Below the pieces are notes generated by a model. The model was not told the DNA's origin. It saw only the letters and a program-made list of their open reading frames with translations, and searched no databases. The translations under genes and the position numbers were made by a program. Of a stretch of 64,000 bases of DNA, positions 34,401 to 46,152 are shown piece by piece. Origin of the DNA: Lytechinus pictus (taxonomy: Eukaryota); assembly GCF_037042905.1 (NCBI RefSeq), contig NC_087245.1, positions 36,458,001-36,522,000 on the forward strand, read 5' to 3'. How positions within the stretch are numbered: position 1 is the first letter of the stretch; every line of letters begins with the position of its first letter.

Positions 34401-35225
34401 AATTTATAGATAGAGTGTTCGTATATTTCGAACAAACGTCCCCGTCATCGACCCTCGACTTAATTACCATGCTATCCGTGAGACAGAATGTCGTTAGAGA
34501 GAAGTCTGAATGAACATGATGTATGCTGGGCATCTGTGGTTTGCTACTGGAAATGTTCTTGGATGGCCGATTGATGTGCTTGTTGTGTGCTCGAGATTGT
34601 TATGAGTGATTGAAGTGCTGTTGTTGTATTGACCGAAGTTACAACGAGCGACCACTGTGCATGTGCAAATGGCTAATCAATGTGCACATCGTAACATGTG
34701 TCAACTCTTTGTAATTTGGTTGTGTGTACAATGTTGTGTGCATACTGAACATGTGAATGTTCGAAGTGAGTGAAGTAGATTGATTGATTGTTGAGCTTGA
34801 CCAGTCATGAATAGTTTAGCTAATTAGTAGGGATGATCAGTTGACTATTACAGTTGACTTACCAGATAAATTCTTGATTGTTGTGATGCTGGTCTTGGGA
34901 ACGAGAGTGGAGAAGGAGTCAAATGTTTGGTCAGTCAGCTGAACTTGGGTCTCCGGTCGTGTATGCATGATTGTGGAGTGCAGAGCTTATGTGTGTAATG
35001 TCGTGCACGTGCGACTGATTGAGGAGATCGAGCATGAGTCATGCCCTTCCCAGTCCTCACCCCCCCCCCCCCTTGTCTACCCAGTATGAGTCCCAGCTAT
35101 TGTTACGTCATGTTAGATTTCTGTATAGGTTGTCTGGATTTCCCCGGAACAACCAAGGGCTCATACCCCTAGAAAAGTATGTGGTGGCAGCATTTTACCT
35201 TTTGTTAGGAGGGTCTCACGTTACA
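31467..35225 (+). repeat. 3' LTR of element B (3759 bp)
   Basis: Copy of 21989-25743 including promoter and array (32863-33111); followed by TSD atat. Confidence 0.96.
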
Positions 35226-36700
35226 ATATGTATGCAGACTCCACTTGGCATGACATGAATTATGAATGACTTGAATGGCATGATAATTGTCTTGACAATA
35301 GACGGATAAAGAAGGGGGGGGGGGCTTCCATGCAATAGTACATCATTAGGAAATGGTAAGAAAGGGAAGTTATGTTATATAAACAAACATTTGTCATGAG
35401 ATTGAAGCTTTCCATGAATCCCTGTCTCATACAGATTGCTGGGCGATGATGATTATAATGCGTCTAAAGAATATATTGTCAAATGTAAGATTTTTAAAGC
35501 ACCTAAATGATCAAGAATTAACTCGTCACTACTTTGCTTCTCATGACGGCACACAGATATGGAACCACTCATGAATGCTCAGCACAATTATTTCATCTTT
35601 TTGGGGTCATATTTAGATGGTAATGCCATCTCAAGAGTGCAATATTTTCACTGCACCTTAATAACATGAAAAGAGTGCTCCCAAATGATCGCTTTCACTT
35701 TCCAAACACACAGGTTTCCCTTTAAATATTTCCAAAGAATTGGATCCCCATCCCCCCTAAAACAGGTGCTTATAGTCGACTATGATATTTGTATCAAATT
35801 GTAAATTTTGTAGAGTGATATGAGCTATGGACATTCTGCTGGTGAGAAGAAAAAATGTTGAAACTGGGAACTTTTCAATCATGATTAAGTACCAACCTTA
35901 ACACTAAATGGTAAAAAAAACTCTATAAAAAACCCTAACACTCTAATTTACATAGCAAAGAAGGATGGGGGGGGGGGGGGGGGGGCTTGGCTGGCAATGT
36001 ATTCTGCTGTCTCAAAATAGAATCACATAGCCTTCAAAGAGGAAGTGGTCTGGGGATAATCCTCAGAGATGTCCTTTTGATGGTATTTTTACTTATATGG
36101 TATCTTTGAAATCTGAAAGAAAATAACAACTTTATTCAGAATATACATGGATACAGGTATTTCTATGAGCTAGAGTCCCCAGTTTTTCATGATAGAGAAA
36201 AGAGAAAGAAAATCATGGAATTCAGGAAGTACACAGATTTCAAAGAATTTCACAGAAAAAAAACATTGTACTGGCCAAACATGTGAATTGCAAAATATGC
36301 AATGAAAATCATTCATGTTAAGTGAAAATCTGTCCTCTCTGTCAAACATGTTTGCTGTGTTTAGCATGTGATTGCAAAGCTGTATCTGTATTGATTTTTT
36401 TTTTTTGGGGGGGTTAGTTTTTCATTCAAAATTGCTTTGAAATCTTGTTATGTGCACGTTACCCAACACCAACACAAATGAACAGCGTATTGGCATTTTA
36501 TAAAACAGAACAATGTAGGGTTTCTGCATAATCCCTACTTTGATGATTGGAAGTTATGATATAGACTACTGGAATTACATTTTCATTAGCTTTATTGTAT
36601 TGTAATTCATGATTTTTTGTAAATTAACCCTTTCTGCATGTGCTGTTGGTGTTTATGTATATACTATATACCAATAAAGAAATAAGAAAGTAAAAAAGGG

Positions 36701-36739
36701 GCCTAAGCTTTCGATCCTAGCAGAATCTTCGTCGGAGGC
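36701..36739 (-). ncRNA. Minimal type I hammerhead ribozyme motif of Penelope-like type (core variant)
   Basis: Minus strand gcct-ccgacga-a-gattct gct aggatc-gaaa-gctta-ggc: stem I, C(C)GACGA core, stem II, GAAA, palindromic aagctt stem III. Confidence 0.6.
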
Positions 36740-36779
36740 AAAATGACAGAAATAAAGAAATAAATAATAATGATAATAA

Positions 36780-37905
36780 ATGAATGAATGAGGGAGTGAA
36801 GAAGAGAAGGAGTAAGACAGTGGGTGAATGAGTGTATGGGTCGGTGGGTGAGTTAGTAAGAGAGGAAGTGGGTGAGTGAGTGGGAGAGTAAGTTAGGGAG
36901 GGAGTGGGTGGGTGAGTGAGTTGGTTAGATAGGGGTGAGTGGGAGAGTCAGTGAGTACATGAGCGATTCTTTGGGTGGGTGGGCGAGTGGGAGAGATAGT
37001 GAGTGAGGGAGTGGGTGAGTGAGTGGGTTAGTGAGTGGGTGGGTGAATGATTGGGTTGATGAGTGAGTGAATGAGGGAGTGGGTGGGTGAGTGGGAGAGT
37101 GAGTAGGTTAGTGAGTGAATGGGGGAGTTAGGGGTGGTGGGTGGGTGAGTGAGTTGTTTAGTGAGGGGTGAGTGGGAGAGTTAGCGAGTACATGAGTGAT
37201 TTGTTGGGTGGGTGAGTGAGTGAGTGGGTGGGTAGATGAATGATTGGGTTGATGAGTGAGTGAGCGAGTGAGGGAGTGGGTGGGTGAGTGAGTTGGTTAG
37301 ACGGGGTGAGTGGGAGATTTAGTGAGTACATGAGAGATTCCTTGGGTGGGCGAGTGAGTGGGTTAGTGAGTGAATGGGGGAGTTAAGGAGTGGTGGGTGG
37401 GTGAGTGAGTTGTTTAGTGAGGGATGAGTGGGAGAGTTAGCGAGTACATGAGTGATTTGTTGGGTGGGTGAGTGAGTGGGTGGGTGGGTGAATGATTGGG
37501 TTGATGAGCGAGTGAATGAGCGAGTGAATGAGGGAGTGGGTGGGTGAGTGACTTGGTTAGATGGGGTGAGTGGGAGATTTAGTGAGTGTACATGAGTGAT
37601 TCCTTGGGTGGGCGAGTGAGTGGGTTAGTGAGTGAATGGGGGAGTTAAGGAGTGGTGGGTGAGTGAGTTGTTTAGTGAGGGATGAGTGGGAGAGTTAGCG
37701 AGTACATGAGTGATTTGTTGGGTGGGTGAGTGAGTGAGTGGGTGGGTGGGTGAATGATTGGGTTGATGAGCGAGTGAATGAGGGAGTGGGTGGGTGGGTG
37801 AGTGAGTGATTGAGGTAGTTAGTAGGTGGGTGAGTCAGTGGGAGAGTTAGTGATTGAGGGAGTGGGTGGGTGAGTGAATATGTGGGCGGTTCAGTGAGTG
37901 AGTGA
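36780..37905. repeat. Complex (GAGT/GGGT)n satellite with higher-order repetition
   Basis: G/T-skewed tetranucleotides with a recurring gagtacatgag landmark. Confidence 0.92.
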
Positions 37906-39235
37906 CTAAATAAACTCTGAAAATCAACATGAAAGAAAACAAAGTTATCGAATTTCTAAGTTTGCATTATTTCTGAGGTTCACAGTTACATTTGTGTCAT
38001 GAATATTCAGTGAGCATGTTACATCTTCACCTTCATTTGAAAGCTTAGGTTTTCTCATTTGTACATCAACATCTCCCTTGCAATAAAATACATGGACCTA
38101 CCACGAAAGATGATCAGTAAACACAATCATTATCTTTCCTATTTTTGCACTCTTGCCTCGGACTCATTTGGAATACAGTGTAGTTGTAATTTCTATATAA
38201 ATAATCAGGCCTGTAAATACAAACGAACAAGTGAGGAAATACACAACCATAAATACACAATCTTAAGTATGACTTAAGAGTCGCACTTAAATGGCTAGAT
38301 GTGTGCGCGGTATAAACGACATCACCGCATTTTCTCAGATCATGCCAAGAGGACGCGCATTACTGCATATTGATCAATAAGATTGCGCGTTGCATATCGT
38401 GTTCATGTTGACATCTAAGTACGACTCTATGTCATATTCAAATCTTTGTGAACCCCCCCCCCAGTTTACTTAAAATTACACAACTTTGTTAATCTTGTGA
38501 GTTGACAGATTTGGGTGAACTCATTGGCGTTAGGCTAGGCTTGTGAGTGGGGCAATTTTAAGAGGAAAATGAGTTGGAACTTGTGGTATGGTTGGCAAGA
38601 GTCAATGATGTAAGGTGGAAAAGGAAGTAAGTGGAGACGTTTCTTCAAACCAGATTATTTTCATAAATATCTCATACTGCTATAGAGCAAAAGCCATTCT
38701 GTCCTCATTTATTAGGGTAAATATCATCACTGACACCTTACCATTAGAGCAAAATGAGCATGGCCTGACAGATTGACTCTTCACAAGTCCACAACACTCT
38801 AACCTACAATCCATTCAACAACAGAAGCCAAGGTTTTCATAAGATGATATCCTGCATATCTCTACCTTACATCTGACTAGCTAATGTTCGTCTGCCTTTT
38901 GACACCTCTCCCCTCGCTTTTGCGTTGACGTGCACTTTTTAGCAGTGCCCTTCCCTCCATCTAGAGTGGTGCTCATTTTACAATGGACTGAGCAATGATC
39001 GGCCAAGCATCGATAGACAGCAAGGCCTAAATTAATAGATGCCCTTTTACCGTCCATCCTTGCTTCGCTCCTTAAGTCGTACACTATGCTGACTTGAGCC
39101 ATAGTTCTTTTCATATCATTTGTACAAGGTTTCATGTTAAAAATCTGTTGGATCTACAGGTAACTTTACCTTAACTTGAATCTAGTGGGAATACAGAATC
39201 TGTTTGAATTTGGGAGAATATATAATGCATAATCT

Positions 39236-39381
39236 GGGGAGCGTTTCATGAAAGGATTTGTCAGACATTTTATCTGACAAGTCCTTTTTTAGCCGACAGT
39301 TACCATAGTAACAGTGCTTCTCGGCCAAGAGTTATCAGATCTGACAACTTGTCGGACGAAAATGTTGATGAAACGCTCCCC
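39236..39381. mobile_element. Small Harbinger-like MITE
   Basis: ggggagcgtttcat ... atgaaacgctcccc. Confidence 0.75.
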
Positions 39382-40049
39382 AGGTCTATAAAAATTTGAC
39401 ATGGCAAATACTCGACTCGTGGAAGGTCTGCTTATAATTCAAGTTTACCTTTTTTTGTTCTTATTTATGCTTTATTTAATATGGCTTCATTAATACATGC
39501 CACTCACCACCCTTACAGTAAATCATCATTGTTCTGTCCCTCTCACATGGTCCTGGCTGTATGCAGATTTCTCTTCCAGGGGGAGGGGGCTCGACACATT
39601 AAAAAGTTAGATGAGACTCAACGTGAAGTGACCGAGCTTGTCATATAGGGATGCTTTTCCATTTTCCAAAGTGAAAATTTTGAATAAAATTCTCGAGTCT
39701 TAAACATTTTGTGGGAGGATAGGGGGCAGTTGTGAAGCCTTAGATAAGGATAATTTCCCAAAGAACGCTGTCTGTTGCACAGACTCTTGTGCAGTTTATA
39801 TGATTTTTTTTTAGAAATCCATGCACTTTTTACATCTCACCAAGTCACAGTTTTTTATTTGATTTACCTTATAAAAATCATAAGGAGTCTTATAGGATTG
39901 ACTTGATTTACTTAATAAAAACCCTGATTCATAAGAAGTCTCAACACCCCCCTTAAGAATGGGGCATGAATCATTTTAATATCTCCCTTTTTGTGCAAGT
40001 ATACAGGAAAAATGATTGTATTTTTCTGAATACACAAAAAAACGGTTGT

Positions 40050-41030
40050 TACTTTTCTCAGGAAATAAATTGAGATCTTTCTTTTTGATAAGACTATTTC
40101 TTACATGAGAGATTATTTTGCATAATTAATTATCATCATATTTTCTCTAGAGTGAATTTCTTTAGATATTACTTACAGGAATGTACTTACTCATTTTCCT
40201 ATGTTAATGTCCTAAAAATAAAGTGAAATTTCTTTGAAAATCGATTTGATTGACAATCATTTAATGAGAGATGAAGTATTGTGCATGTTTTTAATTTCTA
40301 TAATAAAGTGATCTACCTAAGATATTGAAGGAGTGGATAAGGATTTATCTGCAATTTCCCTATATTATACCCCCCAAATTAAGTGACTTTTCTTTGGAAA
40401 TGAATATGGTTGAAATATAGGTTTTCAAGTAAACAATTTCTGGCATGAGAGATAAAAGTAATTAGCATTTTAAAATTCTAATTCCTGTCTGGATAAAGTG
40501 ATCTACTCGAGATATTGAAGTAGTGGATATTGTTGCATTATTCCAATTCCTATTGTATATCCTCAAAAAAAAATAGTCACTTTACTCAGAAAATCTATGT
40601 TGTCGAGATCTACCATTTTGAAAAGGTAATTATTTAGATTAATTGAGAGATAATTTATTTTGCATTTTATGTTAAATAGACTTTTCCTGTGTGGAGAAAG
40701 TGATGTACTACAGATGTTGAAATAGTGGATGTAATGTCCTCAAAATAATTGAAATCACTTTTCTTTAAAAAAATATATCCGAGATACTTTATATTTTTAT
40801 AATTTTACAATTTGTACAAGAGCAATGAATTATTTTCCTTGTGCTTTTTTTCTTTCATGCATGTAGAAAGTAGTCTACGTAAGATATGGAAATAGTAGAT
40901 AGGGAATGCATTTTTTGGTTTCCCTAAAGTCCTTTAACAAATTTGCTGTTTTTCTCAGGAAGTTTATACTTTGAGATTACTCTTTCTAAAATACAGTTTC
41001 TACATCAGAGATTTATTATTTCACATAGAT
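40050..41030. repeat. Old diverged tandem repeat, ~170-200-bp period (approximate ends)
   Basis: aaagtgatctac...agatattgaa.tagtggat variants recur near 40303, 40493, 40695 and 40865. Confidence 0.65.
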
Positions 41031-41679
41031 TGATATTTTTTTCTTCTATATTTCGGTAAAATTACACAATTATTTTCAATTCCATGTTTTTTATGAAATG
41101 GTGCTTACTCTTTTAAGAGGTGAAATTAGAAATATGGGAGAAACGATGTTCAAATGGTCATGAAATTCCTATCCATTTTAATTTTTTTAATAAAAAATTT
41201 AAGATTGTTAAAAGATTTTTAACATTTTTTTAAAGTTTGCGTGTGCCCTTGTATTCATAATAAATGCGCGAAAGGAGTCTTCTTTGTGTGCTTTGCGACT
41301 TTGAACTGGACAAACATCTCTCTCTACCCAGTCCCAAAATGCTGTCGAGAACTAGGGCAAGACTGTGTACATTGAGTCTATCGTCGCTCTGGCGTACATC
41401 TATTCGTATTGATTTGCGCAAAGGTAAGCGGTGGGAAGAATGCATTCCCCTGCATACATTACGCTGTCGGGCTAGAGCTGTATGTGTGTACTCTGATTAC
41501 TAGCCTGCTCACAGAGAATCTTTAGTCACATGTATGTTTGTCACAGATTTGTTTGCTTCTTGTGTTTGGAGGGCTGGAGAGGGGGAGTGTGGAAGAGGGA
41601 GAGGGATAGAGAAGGGGGATGAAGGAGAAGGGAAGATGAGATAGGTAGGGGAGAGAGAGAAAGAGAAAGAAAGATATAT

Positions 41680-41860
<181 letters not shown>

Positions 41861-44800
41861 GAGGGGAGGAGGAGGTAGAGAGGGGGTTAAGGGCAAGGGA
41901 AGGTGAGAGGGATAAAGAGAGATATAGGGGAGGGGGAGAGGGAGGGAAAATTAAAGGTAAAAGACAGTAGTTGCACCAAACAATCATTTCATGAGAAAGT
42001 CTTTTAAATCAAAGTTAATTGACAAAATATTATCATACATCTAGATCTGGTATATTAATGTATACTTATATTCGTAAAATCATGAAATCTTAGCTCAAAA
42101 TCGAAAATTCTGATGATCACTAACACAGAAAATCATATGTGGGATAGTAAATAGAAAATAGAAAATACCCGACATTTGACGGAATTCTGTCTTTATTTTG
42201 CTAATTTCTCATTAATTACGCATTTTCCTCCAGAGCTATTTGGCACACATTTTTTTATTGATACGTACACACACTTTGGGTGTAATTTCATTGCATTCTG
42301 TTTGAACTCATTTTGAGATCGTTATCACAACTGGTATTTATCTCTAAGGGGGAGGACAGGAAATAATAACATGAAAGAGAAAAGAGAGAAGGTGAGAGGA
42401 GGGGGGGGGGAGATAGCAAAGATGGAGAGAGAGACAGAGGTAGAGTGAGAGAAAGAGGGGGAAAACTAGATTAAAACTGGAGAGGACAAAATGATAGAGA
42501 GAGAGAAAAAAACAAAGAGAGAGAGAGAGAAAGAGAGATTGAGTGTGTGTGTGTGTGTTGATAGAGAAAGAGAGAGAGAAGGGGGTAGACAGAGAAAGGA
42601 GAACATTGACGGGAGAAAATGAAAGGAAGAAGAACAAGAGTGGGGAAACAGGCAAATCTAAAAAGAGAAGATGACGTAAAGTGTAGTAAAAGAGATAAGT
42701 ATAAGAGGTGGGAGGATGAGAAACAGACACTGAGATACCATATCAAGAAAAATAATTCTAAATTCTGTTTCCACATTAGGATTTGTAATGCCCTTTTATT
42801 AATAATTTTTATTGCAAAAGGCACTACAGGAAAACTCCAGTCCAGGTATTATTCAAATCCTATAAATCTGTTCACTCCCACACCATGTTGTATTCATGAT
42901 CTTCTTAAAACTGCCCCAGGCTCCTCTAGCTCTCATCAATGTATTCTGTGCTGTCTCTCTAGTTATATTTATCCATAATGGAACCAAAAATATATTGTTT
43001 ACCGCTTGTGTGTTTTTCAGTCATTGATATTTTAAGAGCACCTATAATATTTTCACTAAAAGTCCTTGGATTTACTTTATTTTTAGTTGAAATGCTATTT
43101 CTGTAGATCTCTTCGATATATACTATTTTTGTTTAAAAAACATCATTTTTGTATACTGTATACAGTGTGCCCCACAAAAAAGGGAAATCTGTTTTCAGAG
43201 ATAAATTTCACAATTATGAAACATGTTTTTACTATGAATTTGATACTTATGGTAAGAGTGGAATCTCATCTTTGATTTTTGACCAACAGCTTAGCAAATC
43301 ATTCATGCATGGCAAATTAGGAAGAATGAATATTGAGGCCTATCAGAAACGATTTGCGCAGGAACCCACTGGTGAATCTGAATCCACTCTCATTTCAGGG
43401 ATCAGTGTGAGAAGAAATGCTTATGATCCAATCGTTGAATAAGCACAGTTGTCGTAACACAAACCAATATTGTCCAATTTTTCTGGGCAACCTAATTTTT
43501 ACATTGAAATTTCAAACTGGTCTTGCTCATTAATGCGTTAAGCCTTTGTCTCATATTAGGTAACCAAAAATAGAGGAATAATTGAATTGTATGATGATGT
43601 AAATGGAATATCATAATTAATTTGCAATTGAAGAAAAAAAAAGATGTGGGAATGGTGGTTTCCTTTAATATTCCTGGGACGCACTGTATATATCTATGTT
43701 AAACTGGTGAGGGTTGGGGAAGTGGGTTGTAAAATGAATTACAGTCTAACCCGTGTCAGCAACTACCTGTATAGCAAACCACCTGTCTATAATGAACACA
43801 AGTTTTGGTTTGTAAATAAAGAGGCTTTAATAGGAGGAAATTATAATTTGTTAACAAATTTTCAGCATTAATCCTATTTGTTTAAGATTGGTATGCTCGA
43901 TCTCTAATGAAAATCATAAGTCAGAAAAATTGGAACCAGTGAGATTCGAACCTGCCATCTACTGCTTTCCGGGCAGCGACTCAACCACCAGGCTATTCTG
44001 GTTCACAGCTAAGTAGATGGCAGGTTCGAATCCCACTGGTTCCAATTAGGAGTAATGCTGAAAATTTGTTAACAAGTTTTGGTTTGCCTTAAATTATATT
44101 TGCCGTTGAAACATGTATCACAGGGAATGTCTGTATGTAAAGACCTTCTGCATAAAAAGACCACCTTTCTACATTTTCCAATGTATTATTAGTCCTTTCA
44201 CCTGTTATTGGGTTGTTTTGAAACATAATCTGTTTAGATAGTGGATATAGATTGATATTTGATTTAGTCAGCTGTAATTAACACCAAGGTATGCCAATGT
44301 TGTGGTTTTGACTACCAGAGCAATATGTATTGACTATTGTGTGGGTGCGGTAATCCCTAATATTTGCACATACAAGGTCTGAATGGTATGGATTATAATT
44401 ATTTGTTCTTTGTAGTATACTGGTCAGTTCACATATGACAAATTATATTAGCACACTTAGGAGACATAGGGTTGTGTTCAATGTCGATTTTCAAATTTAA
44501 ACAGCAACACTAATCATTATTGAAAATGCAAACGAAACACGGATATAATGAGCAGCAAAGAGTAGCCTATGTTCAATGTCCCCCATTTCCAGTGGGAAGA
44601 GTACACATCTTTCAGATCGCGATTGGGAGGAAAATTAAACGCCACCGTAATTCAGTGGCCGTATATGTACTGGTGATCAAGTGCAAGAAAAGCAAGGGAT
44701 TGACTGCAGTCAAAGAATATAAGAAGGCTCACTACAGATATTAGAGATCTTATTGTGGTAGATTCAAGATTCTAGAAACCTATTTAATTTCCAACATTTG

Positions 44801-45084
44801 CAAGTCAAATTTCAACTACAGATTAATCATAAGAATTCAAAATAGCTTTAATGTATAGTAACAAAAGCTTGTACAAAATGATGTCAAACAAGTATGGAAA
44901 TGAGGGGATCCCTAAGAAACACTACTACATAGCACGTATGCACATTAACATTAATATGAAGTTCCCTAGACCCTGTTTTTCACTATTCTTGATAGACGAT
45001 AGTTCCAATGACCGGTATTTTACATCTTGTAGTCAGTTCCTAAGACCCCAATTGTTAGTTTTCATGAGCCACAGACCTGTTTGA

Positions 45085-45581
45085 AATAAATAATGAAAAA
45101 AATTATATAGGATTTGTATAGCACATGTATCCACCTTGCTAGGTGCTCAAGGTGCTCCTATATTACCCTGGCTAAGCTCATCTACCAATTCCGGTGCGCA
45201 CAGCTTTGTGAGGAATTACTTCCTGCCGGTACCCATTTACCTCACCTGGGTTGATTGCTGCACAATGTGGGTAAATTTCTTGCTGAAGGAAAACACGCCA
45301 TGGCTTAGTCCTTTGCCAGGACTGTTCTACTTTTAAGTTGATCAATAACACAATCCTCGACCTCTACGCCCGAAATGAAAACAGCCACACGATTTCCTAC
45401 CCTCGTGAAAGAGGGGATAGCGCGATCACTGGAGATGGCGCGCAGGGGAGAATAAAGCAAGGGGAGAGAAATAACAAGTACACCTACGTCTAGAATCTAG
45501 ACTAGCCATGGCTTGGAATCGAACCCATGTCCTTCAGATTGAAAGACAAGAGTCTTAACCACTAGACAACGATGCCCCCAC
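45085..45581 (-). mobile_element. tRNA-derived SINE interrupted by a small DNA transposon
   Basis: Minus strand head tgtctagtggttaag...ggttcgattcc, body acccaggtgaggtaaatgggtaccggcag. Confidence 0.78.
45306..45504. mobile_element. 199-bp insertion with TAG...CTA termini and 9-bp TSD (Academ-like)
   Basis: gccatggct|tagtc ... gacta|gccatggct. Confidence 0.75.
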
Positions 45582-45699
45582 TAAGATAAATATAGGTTTA
45601 GTCCAACCCCCAATTGCTGTAATTGTTACCCATCCTCTTTTTTATAGCATCTCTATTTGGTGTTATGTATTTTCAAACTGAATAGTTTACCATATTTGA

Positions 45700-46152
45700 T
45701 AGCTATGGTGTATTTTATTACATGAGGTAGCAATCCTCTCGATCAATACACAGACTGGTGATTTTAACACCATATTTATTATACTACATGATTTCATGAT
45801 TACTTTCAAAATCAATAAAAGCAAAATAACTACATGATTATTTTGTCCATAGCATGTATCCTAGTCAATTTCACAGTATTTCTAGATCTGTGATCTTTCT
45901 CCTCCCAAAGTTTTATTTGATATATAGGGTTACTCTATGGTGTATTTTATTACATGAGGTAGCGATCCTCTCAATGAATATGCCTACATAAACTGGTGTT
46001 TTTAACACCATATAATACCACATGATATCGTGACTTTGCAAAATTAATATATGCAAAATAACTACCTAATTATTTTGTAAGATGTCCACAGCCTGTTTCC
46101 CAGTCAATTTCACAGTATTTCTAGATCTGTGATCTTTCTCCTCCCAAAGTTT
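45700..46152. repeat. Tandem duplication, ~235-bp unit, 2 copies
   Basis: ctatggtgtattttattacatgaggtagc...tagatctgtgatctttctcctcccaaagttt occurs twice. Confidence 0.85.

Larger units (their letters stand above)
21989..35225 (+). mobile_element. Ty3/Gypsy LTR retrotransposon with giant LTRs and an extra C2H2 zinc-finger ORF (element B, 13.2 kb)
   Basis: Direct repeats 21989-25743 and 31467-35225 (TGT...ACA), TSD ATAT at 21985-21988 and 35226-35229, PBS, PPT, gag, pol, integrase and ORF3. Confidence 0.97.

Noticed and set aside
21989..35225. Segmental duplication or misassembly as the cause of the 3.76-kb direct repeat
   Set aside because: TG...CA ends, ATAT TSD and adjacent PBS and PPT define true LTRs.
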